In this document: one piece after another, positions 61,391 to 64,000 of the stretch | Position numbering within the stretch: the stretch's first letter is position 1 | Layout: each line of letters starts with the position of its first letter | Source of the DNA: an uncultured Gemmatimonadales bacterium | GTDB lineage: Bacteria; Gemmatimonadota; Gemmatimonadetes; Longimicrobiales; RSA9 | DNA length: 64,000 nucleotides | Reading direction: 5' to 3' | NCBI GenBank assembly: GCA_963783305.1 | Contig: CAWAMW010000016.1 | Span: 576,001-640,000, forward strand | The notes under the pieces: model-generated | The model's input: the letters and a program-made list of their open reading frames with translations, nothing else | Databases searched by the model: none | What the model was told of the DNA's origin: nothing | Made by a program: the position numbers and the translations under genes

Positions 61391-62704
61391 GTGATTCGAG
61401 CGATCATCATCGGCGCCATGACCGTGGCGATGGCGGTGGGCACGCCGGCCGTGGGGCAGGGCCTGGGGGAGGTGGAGCCGGTGGACAGTGTCACGCTGGA
61501 GGCCGCCGTGGAGCGGGCTCTTCGCGTGGCGCCGCAGGTGGTGCAGGCGACGACCGGCCTCGGCACCGCGCGCTACGGCAGTCGTCAGGCGTACGCGGCG
61601 ATGCTGCCGAGCCTGTCCCTGTCGAGTGGGGCGAACCTGTCCAGCTCCGAGCGGTACGACCCGCAGACCAACCTGAGGGTGAGCGGGCAGAACAACAGCA
61701 GCTACAGCGCGGGGCTGTCCGCGAGCATGGACCTGTTCTCGGGGGGGCGGAACCTGGCGGCCGTGCGAAGTGCGCACGCCACCGTGGAGGCCGCGGAAGC
61801 CACACTCGTGACGCAACAGTTCGCCATCGTGCTGTCCGCCAAGGTGGCGTATTTCGCCGTGCTGCGTGCCCGTGAGCTGATCCGGTTGAACGAGGACCAG
61901 ATCGAGCAGGCGCGGCAGCAGCTGTCGGCCGCGGAGCGCCGCCTCGAGGTTGGCCGCGCGACGCGATCGGACGTCCTCCGGGCGCGCCTCCAGCTGAGCA
62001 ACGCACAGCAGGCGCTTCTCCAGTCCATGACGCAGCGCCGGAACGCCATGTACACGCTGGGCCGGACGGTGGGCGTGATCGGTCCGGTGACCGCGGTGGA
62101 TCCGCCCGATCTGGCGCCGGTGCCGCTCGCGCTGGATCCGGAAGAACTTCGGGCGCTAGTGCTGGATGAGGCACCGATGGTGCTTGCGGCGACGGCCGAT
62201 CTCGGTGTCGCCCGGGCGGGTCTGTCGCAGGCGCGGGCGCAGTACTTCCCGACGATCGGCGCCAGCGGCGGCTACAACTGGTCGAACAACGAGTTTGGCC
62301 TCGAACAGGGGCTTACGAGCTGGAGCACGCGGATCAGCGTGTCCTACCCGATCTTCAACGGTCTCCAGCGGGAGGCGACGATGGACCGTTCGAGCGCACA
62401 GCTCACGGTGGCCGAGGCGCGGGCGTCCGACATCGCGCGCACGGTGGTGGCCGAACTGGAATCGCAGCTGGCGGGACTGGCGCTGGCGGAGGCGCGGCTG
62501 GCGATCCTGAAGGAGTCGGTGGAGGTCGCGCGAGAAGACTACCGGGTGCAGCGGGAGCGCTACGATCTCGGGGCTGCGACGATCCTGGAACTGGTCTCGT
62601 CGCAGATCGCGCTGACGCAGGCGCAGTACGACCTGATCAACGCGCGGTACGATTATCAGATCACGAGGGCGGAGCTGGAGTCCCTGGTTGGGCGGGAGCT
62701 ATAG
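61391..62704 (+). CDS. TolC family outer-membrane protein
   Basis: Signal peptide, VTLEAAVERAL, ERRLEVG.ATRSD, ERYDLGAATILEL; GAGGAG SD. Confidence 0.92.
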   Translation: MIRAIIIGAMTVAMAVGTPAVGQGLGEVEPVDSVTLEAAVERALRVAPQVVQATTGLGTARYGSRQAYAAMLPSLSLSSGANLSSSERYDPQTNLRVSGQNNSSYSAGLSASMDLFSGGRNLAAVRSAHATVEAAEATLVTQQFAIVLSAKVAYFAVLRARELIRLNEDQIEQARQQLSAAERRLEVGRATRSDVLRARLQLSNAQQALLQSMTQRRNAMYTLGRTVGVIGPVTAVDPPDLAPVPLALDPEELRALVLDEAPMVLAATADLGVARAGLSQARAQYFPTIGASGGYNWSNNEFGLEQGLTSWSTRISVSYPIFNGLQREATMDRSSAQLTVAEARASDIARTVVAELESQLAGLALAEARLAILKESVEVAREDYRVQRERYDLGAATILELVSSQIALTQAQYDLINARYDYQITRAELESLVGREL

Positions 62705-62706
62705 CC

Positions 62707-64000
62707 ATGGCGCGAATTGGGTTTTGTGTACGTGGAGCGGCCCGGCGCAGGGTCGTCGCGGGGCTGGTGACGATGGCGGCGCTGGGCGCCACGGGATGTT
62801 CATCATCGAACGCGGCGGAGCGGAACGGGGGTGGGGCGGAGGAGCGTGGATTGGCGGAGCGCGGGGACCTGGACATCCGGGTGGAGGCCTCGGGTCAGGT
62901 TGAGCCGATCCTCGTGGTGGAAGTGAAGTCGAAGGCGTCGGGCGAGGTCACGAGTCTGCACGTGGAGACCGGCGACCGGGTGGAGCGGCAGGAACTGCTG
63001 GCGGAAGTGGACCCGCGGGATGTGCGGAACGCGCTGGCGCAGGCCCAGGCGGACCTCGAGGTGGCGGAGGCGCGGCTGCAGATCGCCGATTCGCAGGCCG
63101 GTCGCTCGCGGGATCTCCGAGCGGCGAACGTGGTGACGCAGCAGGAGCTGGAGCAGTCGGTGCTGGACGCGGCCAACGCGAGGGCGCAGCTGATCAAGGC
63201 GCGCACGAGCGTGGAGCTGGCGCGAGAGAAGATGGGCGACGTGACCATCCGTGCGCCCATCGCGGGAACGGTGATCCAGAAGACGGTGGAAGCCGGCCAG
63301 ATCATCGCATCGGCGAGTGGCAACGTGTCCGGTGGCACCACACTGCTTCTGATGGCGGATCTCTCCACCATGCAGGTGCGGACGCTCGTGGACGAGACCG
63401 ACATCGGGAAGGTCCAACCCGGACAGACGGCGCGGGTGCAGGTGGAGGCGTATCCGGAGCAGGCGTTCGTCGGCACGGTGTACAAGATCGAGCCGCAGGC
63501 CGTCGTGGATCAGAACGTCACGATGTTTCCAGTCATGGTGCGCCTGGACAACGCCCGCGGACTCCTCAAGCCGAACATGAACGCCGAAGTACAGATCGAG
63601 GTGGCGCAGCGCCGTGACGTGGTCCTGGTCCCGAACGCCGCCATCGTCGGGATGGGCGATGCCGCCGCGGCGGCCGAGGTACTGGGGCTGGACGGCCAGA
63701 GGGTGATGCAGGAGCTGCGTTCGGCGCCCCGCGCGGTGCCGGCGGGCGACTCGGCGGGAGCCGAGGCAGCCAACGGCGCGGCGGAAGCGGCCGAGGGCGC
63801 GGTCGACTGCGAGGCGCTGATTGCGAAGGCGCGTGGGGACCGAAGCTCGCTGAGCGAGGCGGAGCGCGGTCAGCTCCGGACGTGCTTCCAGCAGTCGGGT
63901 GGCGCCGGCGGGATGGGGGGCAGGGGCGGGGCGGGGCCCAGGAGCGGCGACTCGCGTCCGGCCGTGATCTTCGTGGCCACTCCGACTGGTCCGGAGGCCA
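62707..64000 (+). CDS. Periplasmic adaptor (MacA/HlyD family), runs off the window; not in the ORF track
   Basis: Manual translation from ATG 62707: lipobox ATGC, VEASGQVEP..VEVKSKASGEV, IRAPIAGTV, VDETDIGKV.PGQ. Confidence 0.9.
   Translation, partial: MARIGFCVRGAARRRVVAGLVTMAALGATGCSSSNAAERNGGGAEERGLAERGDLDIRVEASGQVEPILVVEVKSKASGEVTSLHVETGDRVERQELLAEVDPRDVRNALAQAQADLEVAEARLQIADSQAGRSRDLRAANVVTQQELEQSVLDAANARAQLIKARTSVELAREKMGDVTIRAPIAGTVIQKTVEAGQIIASASGNVSGGTTLLLMADLSTMQVRTLVDETDIGKVQPGQTARVQVEAYPEQAFVGTVYKIEPQAVVDQNVTMFPVMVRLDNARGLLKPNMNAEVQIEVAQRRDVVLVPNAAIVGMGDAAAAAEVLGLDGQRVMQELRSAPRAVPAGDSAGAEAANGAAEAAEGAVDCEALIAKARGDRSSLSEAERGQLRTCFQQSGGAGGMGGRGGAGPRSGDSRPAVIFVATPTGPEA

Overview
High-GC (roughly 70% by eye) bacterial core-chromosome segment. 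Gene content and protein style suggest Gemmatimonadota (Longimicrobiales-like); this is inference, not a database result. About 60 tightly packed, often translationally coupled genes: recA(3' end)-alaS-gmhA-SDR-cca-rarA-LEA2-hflX-DUF2520-pdxJ-HPt-like-flippase-ispE-tRNA-Gln-prs-rplY-pth-Na+-PPase; ychF, rpsF-rpsR-DUF2232-rplI, rsfS; SPOR protein-smc; aroF, yraN, rmlDBAC; SRP RNA-dnaX-ebfC-recR-mglB-mglA-pgsA-cinA; grpE-dnaJ; iscS-mnmA; bshB1; two MacAB/TolC-type exporters flanking a creatininase-like gene, a giant NtrY-like kinase and degP. No integrase, transposase, prophage or CRISPR array was seen. Most notable: (1) an SMC whose hinge appears to lack its second half, including the GX6GX3GG dimerisation motif, translationally coupled to a membrane protein fusing a degenerate BY-kinase/P-loop-like domain to SPOR domains; (2) a probable AUU start for hflX; (3) a membrane-anchored HEAT-like micro-gene coupled to mglBA with an apparent +1 frameshift; (4) a His-less HPt protein; (5) an SRP RNA with a pentaloop instead of the GNRA tetraloop; (6) candidate cis-elements (sigma54 sites at grpE and degP, a YtrA-like operator, a 15-mer shared by two ribosomal-protein promoters).
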